Shown piece after piece: positions 1-9,334 of a DNA stretch of 64,000 nt; positions within the stretch are counted from its first letter, which is position 1, and the number at the start of each line of letters is the position of its first letter. The position numbers were made by a program, and so were the translations under genes. Source of the DNA: an uncultured Gammaproteobacteria bacterium (GTDB taxonomy: Bacteria; Patescibacteriota; Microgenomatia; UBA10105; UBA927). The notes beneath the pieces were generated by a model. That model did not search any database. It was given only the letters and a program-made list of their open reading frames with translations, and was not told the DNA's origin. The stretch spans positions 44,877 to 108,876 of the forward strand of contig CAYVAR010000001.1 in the NCBI GenBank assembly GCA_964449675.1. The letters are read 5' to 3'.

Positions 1-322
1 TGAGCTTGCCGCAACGTGTATGAAGGCAGGAGCAAAACGGTTTGGGCAAGTTCCTACTCAAGAGTTATCTCAGGGAGAAGCAGTTGCGCCACTTCCTGCT
101 ATCGGTAAACAACCGCAAAAAGTGCAGGATGCTCCTCTATCTGACAAAACAGCGCAGGGCGCCTCACAAGAGGATATTATGACAGGAAATCCTCCGCAAA
201 GCGTATCAGCAGCGTCAATGTCTCCTTCTCAAGGGCGAGGGCAAGCCCATTCGGCAGGTTCAGGGCAGGCTCCGGCAGATTGGCTGAAGCCCAAAATCTT
301 CAAAAGCTCGAATTTGCTATAA
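1..322 (+). CDS. C-terminal part of a hypothetical low-complexity protein, probably starting before the window
   Basis: Open frame to the stop at 322; P/Q/S/A-rich; contains a REP-like insert encoding HSAGSGQA. Confidence 0.5.
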   Translation, partial: ELAATCMKAGAKRFGQVPTQELSQGEAVAPLPAIGKQPQKVQDAPLSDKTAQGASQEDIMTGNPPQSVSAASMSPSQGRGQAHSAGSGQAPADWLKPKIFKSSNLL

Positions 323-389
323 TGAATGATAGCAGTATATCTATATTTAGAAGTTGAAAAAATCGAAGAAAGGAATCCAAAAGATAATA

Positions 390-449
390 ATGAATACTCG
401 CCAGTATAGTATCACTCCCATTATTGCAATCACCATTATGGCGAGGTGA
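390..449 (+). CDS. Ile/Thr-rich leader peptide MNTRQYSITPIIAITIMAR
   Basis: 19 codons with 5 Ile within 9 codons, directly followed by attenuator stems; extended -10 TGCTATAAT at 315-323. Confidence 0.75.
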   Translation: MNTRQYSITPIIAITIMAR

Positions 450-511
450 TAGTTTGGGAGAAAAAGGTCACGTACATGTTAATACCCTCCCAAACTTTGG
501 GAGGTTTTTTT
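415..511 (+). promoter_or_regulatory. Transcription attenuator (pause, antiterminator and terminator stems)
   Basis: CTCCCA 415-420 pairs with TGGGAG 455-460; GTTTGGGAG 452-460 with CTCCCAAAC 487-495; CCTCCCA 486-492 with TGGGAGG 498-504, followed by T7. Confidence 0.8.
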
Positions 512-632
512 ATGGAGAGCATATGAGCGAACTCTTTCCGAAACCAGCTAATAATCTCTAAAAACTCTTTCTAAGCAAAGAGTCACTAGCCCAAGTTCGT
601 AGAATTTCAGATTAACTTTAAATTTAAACATT

Positions 633-1082
633 ATGATACCTGAATGGTTAACTCCATCAACGCATGAGCAAAAAGCATCGTGTTTTGAGCAAAAGATGGG
701 AAACTTAAAGTGGCAACACGCGTTTCCGCTAACAAGTGAAGGGGAATTCCTAGAGGTTGCACAGGAGAGAGTATTAGATTTAGGTAACATAGAGAAAATA
801 ATTTATTGGGCAGATAAAAAAGAGGAAAGAGGACTTGGAAATTTAGCTCGACTGGCCGGAAACCTTGCTGACAGAGAATCAGCATTTAGAGTGAGAGTTG
901 CAGTAATACTTACCGCAAGTGATAAACCATTGATTGTTGAATTAATTCCGCAAATCACTGCCACAGTACTTTCTTGTGGAGGAACTCCCGGCGAACATTC
1001 TCTTGGATATCAACCACTTAAAGAAGGAGAGGGCATCCCAGGTTACTGGTATAGTCAAGGTACACACACTTTTGAATCTTGA
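633..1082 (+). CDS. Hypothetical protein, possibly a remnant with a decayed 5' end
   Basis: 149-aa ORF; a GGAG-led ATG at 523 runs into a stop after 12 codons. Confidence 0.45.
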   Translation: MIPEWLTPSTHEQKASCFEQKMGNLKWQHAFPLTSEGEFLEVAQERVLDLGNIEKIIYWADKKEERGLGNLARLAGNLADRESAFRVRVAVILTASDKPLIVELIPQITATVLSCGGTPGEHSLGYQPLKEGEGIPGYWYSQGTHTFES

Positions 1083-1089
1083 AGACCCT

Positions 1090-1824
1090 ATGGCAAAAGA
1101 AGTAAGACTGACAGATGACATTTCGAACAAAAAACACTTCCGTAATGGTGTGCACGCAAGTTTGCCCATTGTATTAGGATACATTGCTATCGGACTTGTG
1201 GTTGGTGTAGTTGCAAAAACAGCTGGTTTGACCGTCCTTGAAGTTTCTCTCATGTCTCTCCTCCTTTATGCCGGTTCTGCCCAACTGATTGTATCAAGCC
1301 TCATCGGAGTGGGCGCATCCGCGCCATCTATAGTTTTTACTATCTTTCTCGTGAACATGCGACATCTTCTCTACAGCGCATCTCTAGCACCTCATATTCG
1401 CACATTACCACTCTGGCAGAATATTCTTATTGGGCTGGAACTCACCGATGAGACATTCGCTGTCGCGGCAAATCATCTCGCAGGGAATCGCCGTGCACAC
1501 GCAGCCTGGTTATTCGGTCTCAATCTGACGGCGCACGCCACATGGATTGCATCCACAACCATTGGCGCGATCGCCGGACGTGCCATTCCCAACACGCATG
1601 CTCTCGGTCTCGATTTTGCGCTTACTGCGATGTTTGCAGCGCTCTTTGTTCTCCAGATTGCCAGTAGTTCACAGATGCGTGTGGCGATTACTGTGGGTCT
1701 AGTAAGTGCAGTCGTTGCTGTTGGTGGCACCTTATTTGTGTCATCAAGTTGGGCTATTATTGTAGCCGCTGTGATGGCGGCTAGCGTTGGAGTGTTGATT
1801 GAAAGGAAGTTACAATGGATATAA
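1090..1824 (+). CDS. azlC: AzlC-family branched-chain amino acid permease
   Basis: YAGSAQ, VNMRHLLYS and LTDETFA motifs; multi-pass membrane protein; start moved to ATG 1090. Confidence 0.9.
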   Translation: MAKEVRLTDDISNKKHFRNGVHASLPIVLGYIAIGLVVGVVAKTAGLTVLEVSLMSLLLYAGSAQLIVSSLIGVGASAPSIVFTIFLVNMRHLLYSASLAPHIRTLPLWQNILIGLELTDETFAVAANHLAGNRRAHAAWLFGLNLTAHATWIASTTIGAIAGRAIPNTHALGLDFALTAMFAALFVLQIASSSQMRVAITVGLVSAVVAVGGTLFVSSSWAIIVAAVMAASVGVLIERKLQWI

Positions 1825-2144
1825 GAGCATCGATATTTTGGATTATAGTCGGAACAGGCATGGTTACGATAATCCCACGAGTTTTGCCTTTGGTACTCCT
1901 TAGTCGCATCAGTTTGCCCGAATGGATGAATCGCTGGCTCGGATATGTGACAGTAGCGGTACTTGCCGCACTTTTCACACAGTCAGTGATACTATTAGAA
2001 GGACAAATCGCACTTTCTCCAAAAACCCTAGCTCTACTAGCAGTTATTCCAACACTATTGGTGGCGATAAAGACTCGCAATCTCATCATGACGGTCGTGG
2101 GCGGTATGATTACCATGGCACTTTTACGCTTGGTGATGCTTTAG
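1815..2144 (+). CDS. azlD: AzlD-family small subunit
   Basis: TIIPRVLP and WLGYVTVAVLAAL motifs; overlaps the end of azlC. Confidence 0.88.
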   Translation: MDIRASIFWIIVGTGMVTIIPRVLPLVLLSRISLPEWMNRWLGYVTVAVLAALFTQSVILLEGQIALSPKTLALLAVIPTLLVAIKTRNLIMTVVGGMITMALLRLVML

Positions 2145-2175
2145 GTTTAGTTTTCAAAGGCATTATTTTTTTCTC

Positions 2176-2205
2176 TTGACATACACACTACACAGTGTGT
2201 ATAGT
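2176..2205 (+). promoter_or_regulatory. Sigma70 promoter with an overlapping operator palindrome (TA autoregulation)
   Basis: TTGACA-18-TATAGT; ATACACACT-acac-AGTGTGTAT at 2181-2202. Confidence 0.7.
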
Positions 2206-2214
2206 ACGGCTACT

Positions 2215-2460
2215 ATGTTAACTAGAGTGCAGGTGCTTATTCCAAACGATCTTCTCCAGGCGGCCAGGCTGGCCGCTGCAAGCCATGACTTGAGCTTTTC
2301 TAAGTTCGTGACGAAGTCCCTGGAAGAAAAAGTACAGCCTGAAAAGAAAGAGTCTGTCTATATAGCTTTTAAAAAACTTGCAAAGATCATTGGAAAGAAA
2401 AAAGTCAAACTTCCCCCTGATTTTGCTACAAATGATGATTATCTCTACCGATTGCCATGA
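2215..2460 (+). CDS. Ribbon-helix-helix antitoxin
   Basis: MLTRVQVLI beta-strand N-terminus; 4-nt overlap with the PIN toxin gene. Confidence 0.75.
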   Translation: MLTRVQVLIPNDLLQAARLAAASHDLSFSKFVTKSLEEKVQPEKKESVYIAFKKLAKIIGKKKVKLPPDFATNDDYLYRLP

Positions 2461-2855
2461 TCTTTGTAGATTCTGATGCGCTCATTGGTGTTATCGCTCC
2501 TCAAGACGCTCATCACCCGCGCGCAACCCTCGCCTTTGATCGTTTTGCTAAGACCGACGAGCAACTGGTAACGAGTTGGGAAACGATTGACGAAGTAGCA
2601 ACGAAACTCAGTAGGTATTTCGGGAAAGATATCGCAAGAGTGTTTTTCTCATTTCTTCACCGAACACAGATTACCATCATTTACGTTGACGAGGTGCTTG
2701 CCCAGGTTACGACGGTGATATTTGACAAGCAAACGTCCAAAAACATTTCGCTTACGGATTGCGCCAACATTGCCATCTGCCGATCTTTGGGTATTACGTG
2801 GGTCTTTTCTTTTGATCCGCATTACAAGAAGAATGGGTTAAAACTGCTTTCATAA
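2457..2855 (+). CDS. vapC: PIN-domain VapC toxin
   Basis: IFVDSDA, SLTDC and FSFDPHY motifs. Confidence 0.9.
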   Translation: MIFVDSDALIGVIAPQDAHHPRATLAFDRFAKTDEQLVTSWETIDEVATKLSRYFGKDIARVFFSFLHRTQITIIYVDEVLAQVTTVIFDKQTSKNISLTDCANIAICRSLGITWVFSFDPHYKKNGLKLLS

Positions 2856-2946
2856 GCACCACCCATTGTTTTTTGGAGTGAGAACGGGTATAATAGAGTT
2901 TATTGGAGCGGGATGAAGCTCCTTTTTATAATTCTACTACCTGGGT

Positions 2947-3327
2947 ATGCCGGCAACGAAAAAAACTGTAAAAACAAAAAAAGAAGCGAAAAAAGTATCG
3001 CCAAAAGTTAGTCTAAAAAAATCTTCTGGAAAAAAGATTAAAAAAGAGGAGCCAGTGGTACCGGCACCGAGCGAAGAAAAGCAGGTAATTATTGCTCAAT
3101 TTCAGGTGAAACAGGGTGATACCGGTAGTCCCGAAGTACAAGTAGCGCTTCTAACCAAACGCATCGAAAAACTCGTTATGCATTTAAAAACCAATCCATC
3201 AGACAACCATTCTCGCCGGGGACTTTTGGGGATTGTCAGTAAAAGGCGTAGACTTCTAAACTACCTAGAAAAAAAAGACGGAAAACGCTACAAGGAAGTA
3301 GCAGTGAAACTAGGACTCGGCAAGTGA
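2947..3327 (+). CDS. rpsO: 30S ribosomal protein S15 with a Lys-rich N-terminal extension
   Basis: [13 protein letters not shown] and DNHSRRGLL. Confidence 0.95.
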   Translation: MPATKKTVKTKKEAKKVSPKVSLKKSSGKKIKKEEPVVPAPSEEKQVIIAQFQVKQGDTGSPEVQVALLTKRIEKLVMHLKTNPSDNHSRRGLLGIVSKRRRLLNYLEKKDGKRYKEVAVKLGLGK

Positions 3328-3331
3328 GACA

Positions 3332-3451
3332 CTAGATGATAGAATAAAGATGATAGTGGTAGATGATAGAAGGTGGAAGATAAAAAAGAGCTATTATCAA
3401 TCGTCGATCTTCTATCCTCGACCACTATCTTCAACATTCAACCTTCTATCG
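3332..3451 (+). repeat. Short-tandem-repeat hairpin element
   Basis: AGATGAT/GATAG-type units followed by complementary CTATC/ATCTTC units. Confidence 0.6.
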
Positions 3452-3463
3452 TTTATTAATTGC

Positions 3464-5629
3464 ATGAAAATTGTAAAAAAATCACTTGAACTAAATGGAA
3501 AACCATTGACGCTTGAAGTTGGACGATTTGCCCAGCAGGCAAGCGCTGCTGTGCTTGCCCAGCATGGTGACACAATGGTACTTGCAACGGTTACTGCGTC
3601 AAGTCGCGAAACGACGCTTGATTATTTTCCTCTTTCCGTCGAGTATGTCGAGCGTTTGTACGCAGGGGGACGCATCAAGGGATCCCGGTGGGTCAAGCGC
3701 GAAGGGAGGCCTTCAGATGATGCAGTCCTTGCGGGCCGCATAATCGACCGATCGATACGCCCGCTTTTCCCAAAAACGTATAAGCACGATGTACAGGTTA
3801 TTATTACGGTCTTATCTGTAGACGGTGAAAATGATCCTGATGTATTAGGGTTGGTTGCAACAAGCGCCGCAATAGCTATTTCTCCGATTCCATGGAGTGG
3901 TCCGATCGGAGGCGTTCGTGTGGGATATGTCAAAGATAACGGCAGAAGCGAATTTCTCATAAATCCAACAGTCACGGAACAAGGATTATCTGAATTTGAT
4001 TTTGTCGTCGCAAGTTCAAAAGGAAAAACAGTCATGCTTGAAGGAGGATTTTGTGAAACTCCGGAAGATGTAGTTTATACCGCTGTCCAAAAAGCAAAAG
4101 AAGCAAACGCGAAGATCATTTCATGCATCGAAGATCTTGTCAAAACAGTCGGAAATACGAAGCTTCCCACACCTGTAGCTAGTGCGGCAGACGAACTAAA
4201 AGCCAAGATAATGAAGGATTATAAAAAAGAGATGGACGAGGCTTTTGCCAAAAAAGCCCAAAAGGAATTTGGCGGAGAAGAGATAGGAGAACTTGCCAAA
4301 ACAATCCAAGAAGCGTACGCAAATGAGTACACCCTTAAAGCCATAGAAGATGCCCTGGACACACTCTTTAAAAAACGCGTGAAAGAAGATGTTTTGACCA
4401 AAGGCAAACGATTTGACGGACGAAGTTTAGATGAAATTCGACCGCTTGATGTTGCCGTTGGCATACTTCCTCGTACGCACGGTAGCGCTATGTTTACGCG
4501 TGGACAAACCCAGGCTTTGACCGTTGCAACCCTAGGAACACCAAGCTTAGAACAACTTATAGAAAGCCCAGTTGGAGAAGAATCAAAACGGTATATTCAT
4601 CACTACAGTATGCCGCCCTATTCTGTCGGAGAAACAGGACGCATCGGTACACCATCCAGGCGTGAGATAGGGCATGGTGCTTTGGCTGAGCGCGCACTTT
4701 TATCTGTCATCCCATCAGAAGAAGATTTTCCGTATACCATTCGTTTAGTGAGCGAGATTATGTCCAGTAACGGCTCCACTTCTATGGCTAGTACGTGTGG
4801 ATCGACCCTTGCGCTTATGGACGCTGGAGTACCGATAAAAGAACCAGTCGCTGGTATCTCCATAGGGCTTATGACTGACAAGAAAAAGTTTGTGCTTCTT
4901 ACTGATATCATGGGGATAGAGGATTTCGCGGGCGATATGGACTTTAAAGTGGCTGGAACAAAAAACGGCATTACAGCCATACAGCTCGATATTAAAATCG
5001 ACGGACTGACGGATGAGATAGTTGAACAAACATTGGGTAAGGCAAAAATTGCGCGGATGAAGATACTGGAAAAAATGCTTTCAGTTATCAGTACCCCCCG
5101 TAAAAAACTTTCTCAATACGCGCCAAATGTCAAAGTAGTCAAAATCCCTACGGACAAAATCGGAGAAGTCATTGGTCCGGGTGGGCGAGTTATACGGCAA
5201 ATTATCGCCGTTACCACTGCAACCGTTGATGTCAATGACGATGGATCGGTCGTTATATCGGGAAGTGCTGATGCCGTCGCAAAGGCTGTCGAGTGGGTTG
5301 AAGGGTTGACCAAAGAAGTGCAACCAGATGAAGAATACGAAGGCGAAGTCAAGCGCATACTACCGTTTGGTGCATTTGTCGAAATTCTTCCCGGGAAAGA
5401 AGGCATGGTGCATGTGTCCCAAATGTCTACGAGTTACGTCAACGATCCCAACGATGTCGTAAAGCTTGGTCAAAAAGTGAAGGTTCGGGTAATGGAAATA
5501 GACGATCAACACAGGGTCAATCTCTCAATGCTTTTTGGCGAGGATGCAAAAAAAGCGCCGGTGCGAGAACGTCGAGATTCTTCAGATCGCCCACGGAGAT
5601 CTTTTGATAGAAATAGAAAGAGATATTAA
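3464..5629 (+). CDS. pnp: Polyribonucleotide nucleotidyltransferase
   Basis: RREIGHG, SNGSTSMAS and GDMDFKVAG motifs; KH and S1 domains; true start at 3464. Confidence 0.97.
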   Translation: MKIVKKSLELNGKPLTLEVGRFAQQASAAVLAQHGDTMVLATVTASSRETTLDYFPLSVEYVERLYAGGRIKGSRWVKREGRPSDDAVLAGRIIDRSIRPLFPKTYKHDVQVIITVLSVDGENDPDVLGLVATSAAIAISPIPWSGPIGGVRVGYVKDNGRSEFLINPTVTEQGLSEFDFVVASSKGKTVMLEGGFCETPEDVVYTAVQKAKEANAKIISCIEDLVKTVGNTKLPTPVASAADELKAKIMKDYKKEMDEAFAKKAQKEFGGEEIGELAKTIQEAYANEYTLKAIEDALDTLFKKRVKEDVLTKGKRFDGRSLDEIRPLDVAVGILPRTHGSAMFTRGQTQALTVATLGTPSLEQLIESPVGEESKRYIHHYSMPPYSVGETGRIGTPSRREIGHGALAERALLSVIPSEEDFPYTIRLVSEIMSSNGSTSMASTCGSTLALMDAGVPIKEPVAGISIGLMTDKKKFVLLTDIMGIEDFAGDMDFKVAGTKNGITAIQLDIKIDGLTDEIVEQTLGKAKIARMKILEKMLSVISTPRKKLSQYAPNVKVVKIPTDKIGEVIGPGGRVIRQIIAVTTATVDVNDDGSVVISGSADAVAKAVEWVEGLTKEVQPDEEYEGEVKRILPFGAFVEILPGKEGMVHVSQMSTSYVNDPNDVVKLGQKVKVRVMEIDDQHRVNLSMLFGEDAKKAPVRERRDSSDRPRRSFDRNRKRY

Positions 5630-5635
5630 ATATTC

Positions 5636-6000
5636 GTCATCCCGACCGAAGCGGAGGGATCTTTTTTTAAATGCCTGCAAAGAAACAGTATTACGTTTAT
5701 ATCTTACGTAGCAAATAGGGAGTATTGTACATCGGCATTACAGATAACCTCGTAAAGAGAATCTGGCAACACAAACAGAAATTTGTAAAAGGATTTACTC
5801 AGAAATATAACATTGACCAACTCCTCTACTACGAAATTTTTCAAGATCCACTCACCGCTATTGCTAGAGAAAAACAGATTAAGAAGTGGAGTCGAAAGAA
5901 AAAAGTACTATTAATAATAACTACAAATCCGACATTTCGGGAAATTTTCATTGAAGACATACATTAATAAGTGAGATTCCTCGACTTCGCTCGGAATGAC
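5636..6000. mobile_element. REP-like inverted repeats bracketing a GIY-YIG nuclease gene
   Basis: 5636-5662 and 5974-6000 are 27-nt inverted repeats with 22/27 matches. Confidence 0.7.
5671..5967 (+). pseudogene. GIY-YIG nuclease with an in-frame TAG
   Basis: MPAKKQYYVYILRSK*GVLYIGITDNL; stop at 5716-5718. Confidence 0.8.
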
Positions 6001-6023
6001 AATTAGTATAAGATAGAAGAAGT

Positions 6024-7139
6024 ATGTCAAAACTTACAGATGAAGTTGAAAGTCTTCGAAAAAAACTTACTGAGGTGAAGGTTCCCAAAGAATTAGTCAA
6101 TCGAGTAGAGGGAAATTTAGACGAATTACTCCGGATTGAACACGACATTACCGCACGAGCTCATGTGGAACAGATATTGCGGTATGCAGAGTGGGTGATT
6201 GATCTGCCTTGGAATGTGCGGACGAACGATGTTTTAGATCTGGTGAAAGCACAAGAGATACTCAATAAACATCATTATGGACTTGAACCGGTAAAAGAAA
6301 GAATTTTGGAATACTTAGCAATATTAAAGCTTAATATCGACAAATGGAAAAAAGAGTCAGATGTGAACGTCGCCAGTCGAACTGCGCAGATTGCCAATGA
6401 TGCCAAACTTTCTCACGCAATTTTAGCGCGAAGAGCGCCAATATTATGTCTTGTCGGACTTGTGGGTACTGGAAAGACAACGCTTGCAAAATCGATTGCT
6501 GAGGCGATGGGACGCAGATTTGTGCGTATTCCTTTTGGTGGCATGGCAGATGCCTTGGATCTACGCGGACAGTCACGAGTGCGGCCGGATGCGGAAATCG
6601 GACTTATTCTCAAAGGGCTTCGCTTTGCGGGAAGTAAAAACCCGGTCATCCTTCTTGATGAAATCGATCGTGTCGCAGAACAGGCCAGGGGAGACATAAT
6701 GGGAGTTTTAGTCGAGCTTCTCGATCCCGAACAAAATGCTGCGTTTACTGATCACTATTTGGATTATCCGTTTGATTTATCAGAGGTACTTTTTATCGCA
6801 ACAGCCAATAATACGACAAATATCGCAACAGCCGTCCTTGACAGGCTAGAACCGATCCAAATGCCGTCATATACAGACGAGGAAAAAACAAAAATTGCCC
6901 GGGATTATGTGTTGCCGCAACTTATGAAAGAATCGGGACTCACGAGCGAAAATTTAACCATCGATGCGTCAATTTGGCCAAGGCTTGTTCGTCCGCTCGG
7001 TTACGATGCAGGCATCAGAAGTTTGGAGCGCACGATGAATAGTTTATGCCGTAAGGTAGCCCGGATGATCGTTGACGGCAAAGGAAAAAGCTTCCACGTG
7101 ACGAGTGATAATATAAAAGATTTTATTGATATTTATTAA
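6024..7139 (+). CDS. Lon-like AAA+ ATPase lacking the N-domain and the protease domain
   Basis: HYGLEPVKERILEYLA, GTGKTT, LLDEID and LLDPEQN; only 371 aa. Confidence 0.85.
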   Translation: MSKLTDEVESLRKKLTEVKVPKELVNRVEGNLDELLRIEHDITARAHVEQILRYAEWVIDLPWNVRTNDVLDLVKAQEILNKHHYGLEPVKERILEYLAILKLNIDKWKKESDVNVASRTAQIANDAKLSHAILARRAPILCLVGLVGTGKTTLAKSIAEAMGRRFVRIPFGGMADALDLRGQSRVRPDAEIGLILKGLRFAGSKNPVILLDEIDRVAEQARGDIMGVLVELLDPEQNAAFTDHYLDYPFDLSEVLFIATANNTTNIATAVLDRLEPIQMPSYTDEEKTKIARDYVLPQLMKESGLTSENLTIDASIWPRLVRPLGYDAGIRSLERTMNSLCRKVARMIVDGKGKSFHVTSDNIKDFIDIY

Positions 7140-7192
7140 TACAAATCAAAACTCAAAGGTCAAATGTCAAAACTTTACAATACACAATAATT

Positions 7193-8923
7193 ATGAGATT
7201 TTGGCAAAAATTTAAAAAACAACCAGTGTATCACGGCTCTTCCTCAACCGGTAAAGATACAGTTCGAATTATCCCATTAGGAGGTATAGGAAATGTTACG
7301 AAAAACATGTTTGTCTATGAGTATCGTTATGATGGCAAACTTCGAGATATTTTGATTGTCGATTGCGGCATAGGGTTTCCGGATCCTGAGATGTTTGGAG
7401 TTGATTTAGTCATTCCTGATGTGCGCTATCTTGAAGCAAAAAAAGACCTCATTCGGGGACTCGTATTTACTCACGGACACGACGATCATATCGGAGGTAT
7501 CCCGTATCTTTATAAAAAGTTGGGGAATATACCGATGTGGGGGACTACGCTTACTGCTGCTTTTGCCAATATTAAACTTCGAGAAATCCGATCAACGAAC
7601 AAAGTGACACCAGTGACCTTTGACAAGGTTCTCACGATTGGTCCATTTCGTGTAACATTTGTGCACGTAACTCATTCAGTTCCTGATGCAGCAAACCTCA
7701 TCATTGAAACACCAATAGGAACGTTTTATCACGGAAGCGATTTTAAATTTGACTTTAGTCCGCTGGACGGAAAACTTTCTGAGCTTCACAAAATAACAGA
7801 TGCTGGAAGGCGTGGTGTATTATGTCTTTTGACTGACTCTTTAGGGAGCGAACGGCCTGGGTTTACCCCGTCTGAACAGCGTATTCGTGAAACTATCGAA
7901 CGGGAGATAGAACTTTGTCCCGGTAAACTTCTTTTTACGACCCAATCAAGCAATATTTCACGTATTCAACTTGCTATTGAAATTGCCATTGCTCATGGCA
8001 GACAGATAGCATTTTTGGGTCGAAGCATCGATCAAAATGTCGAAGAGGCAGTCAAGCTCGGCTACATGAAGTTTCGCCGCGAGGCCCTTATCAGCGATCG
8101 AGATTTAAAGCGCTTACCATCGGTCAAACAATTTCTTGTGGTTGCCGGTAGTCAAGGGCAATCGGACTCCGCGCTTTCAAGGATTGCCAATGATAGTCAT
8201 AAATATGTGAGGCTTGTGGAAGGAGATACCGTTGTTTTTTCTGCAGACCCCATACCCGGTCACGAAAATGACGTCAACCGCTTGATTGACCAAATTTACC
8301 GCAAAGGAGCGAGAGTATCCTACTCCGATATCATGGAGGATTTACATGTATCCGGACACGGTAGTCAAGGAGACATGATGCTTATGCTCTCTGCCTTAGG
8401 TCCACGCTATATTTTTCCCATCGGAGGAACCTATAAGCATATGATGCAGTACCGCAGGCTTGCGATGGAGCTCGGGTACAAAAAAAGCGAAATCCTCATT
8501 CCTGAGGATGGACAAGTATTAGAATTTTCTGCTGTAGGTGAGCCAAAGGTGGTCGAAACGATAGAGCTTGAAAATGTGATGATCGATGGCCTAGGAATCG
8601 GCGATGTGGGAAATGTCGTCCTTCGCGATCGGCAAACAATTGCTAAAGAAGGTATCGTTGTCATTGTAGTACCTATAGAAGAATCAACTGGCCGAGTTAC
8701 AGCTGAGCCAGATATTATTTCCCGGGGATTTGTCTACATGAAGGCATCTGGCAGACTCGTTGATCAAGCGAAGCAATTAGTGACGAGGTCGCTTCGACTC
8801 AAAAAGGGGCGCATGATCGATTGGCATTTTGCGAGAAAGCAGGTAGAAGAGAATGTTGGTGTCTTTCTGCGTCGCGAAACCGGCCGCAGCCCCCTCATCG
8901 TTCCTGTAATCGTAGAGGTATGA
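7193..8923 (+). CDS. rnj: Ribonuclease J
   Basis: THGHDDHIG and HVSGHG motifs. Confidence 0.96.
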   Translation: MRFWQKFKKQPVYHGSSSTGKDTVRIIPLGGIGNVTKNMFVYEYRYDGKLRDILIVDCGIGFPDPEMFGVDLVIPDVRYLEAKKDLIRGLVFTHGHDDHIGGIPYLYKKLGNIPMWGTTLTAAFANIKLREIRSTNKVTPVTFDKVLTIGPFRVTFVHVTHSVPDAANLIIETPIGTFYHGSDFKFDFSPLDGKLSELHKITDAGRRGVLCLLTDSLGSERPGFTPSEQRIRETIEREIELCPGKLLFTTQSSNISRIQLAIEIAIAHGRQIAFLGRSIDQNVEEAVKLGYMKFRREALISDRDLKRLPSVKQFLVVAGSQGQSDSALSRIANDSHKYVRLVEGDTVVFSADPIPGHENDVNRLIDQIYRKGARVSYSDIMEDLHVSGHGSQGDMMLMLSALGPRYIFPIGGTYKHMMQYRRLAMELGYKKSEILIPEDGQVLEFSAVGEPKVVETIELENVMIDGLGIGDVGNVVLRDRQTIAKEGIVVIVVPIEESTGRVTAEPDIISRGFVYMKASGRLVDQAKQLVTRSLRLKKGRMIDWHFARKQVEENVGVFLRRETGRSPLIVPVIVEV

Positions 8924-8964
8924 TACCTATTTAATAGTTATATACGAGCAAAATATTATAGGTC

Positions 8965-8998
8965 TTGAAAAATATAAACAAAAATGGTATATTATAAT
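8965..8998 (+). promoter_or_regulatory. Sigma70 promoter of the high-GC cassette
   Basis: TTGAAA-17-TATATT with extended TG; an overlapping TATAAT at 8993-8998. Confidence 0.65.
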
Positions 8999-9033
8999 TG
9001 TTTAATAAATAGTTAAAAGACAACAACGCCTTG

Positions 9034-9334
9034 ATCTTTCTTTAGAAGAAAGATAATTACAACCGGCCAGTCAAAAGGGGCCGGTTTTTTGATGCATAAA
9101 AAACCGGCACAAACAGAGCTGGTTTTGTTGACAACAGTAGCAAAGCCGGATGCACGCCAAGCTCCAGAAGCACTGAGAAGCCTGCGCGCATCCGGGCAAA
9201 GGTGCTTTGCTACAGTGCAGCATGTGTGCCCGCGCCCGGGTGCGGGCACATTAACAATCTGGTGTGAAAACAGGTTTTCCTGTTGCCCTTTCGGGAAAGA
9301 ACTTATTCTTTTTCGAATGGGTAACAGGAGACCT
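9034..9334 (+). ncRNA. Highly structured 5' leader RNA of unknown family
   Basis: Hairpins at 9034-9054, 9061-9086 (alternative 9080-9108), 9137-9213, 9225-9250 and 9272-9334. Confidence 0.6.

Noticed and set aside
3350-3463. N-terminal extension of PNPase
   Set aside because: It is the translation of a repeat hairpin; homology starts at 3464
5716-5718. TAG recoding or an alternative genetic code
   Set aside because: TAG ends intact genes here (ftsK, alaS, rpoC), so a nonsense mutation is more likely
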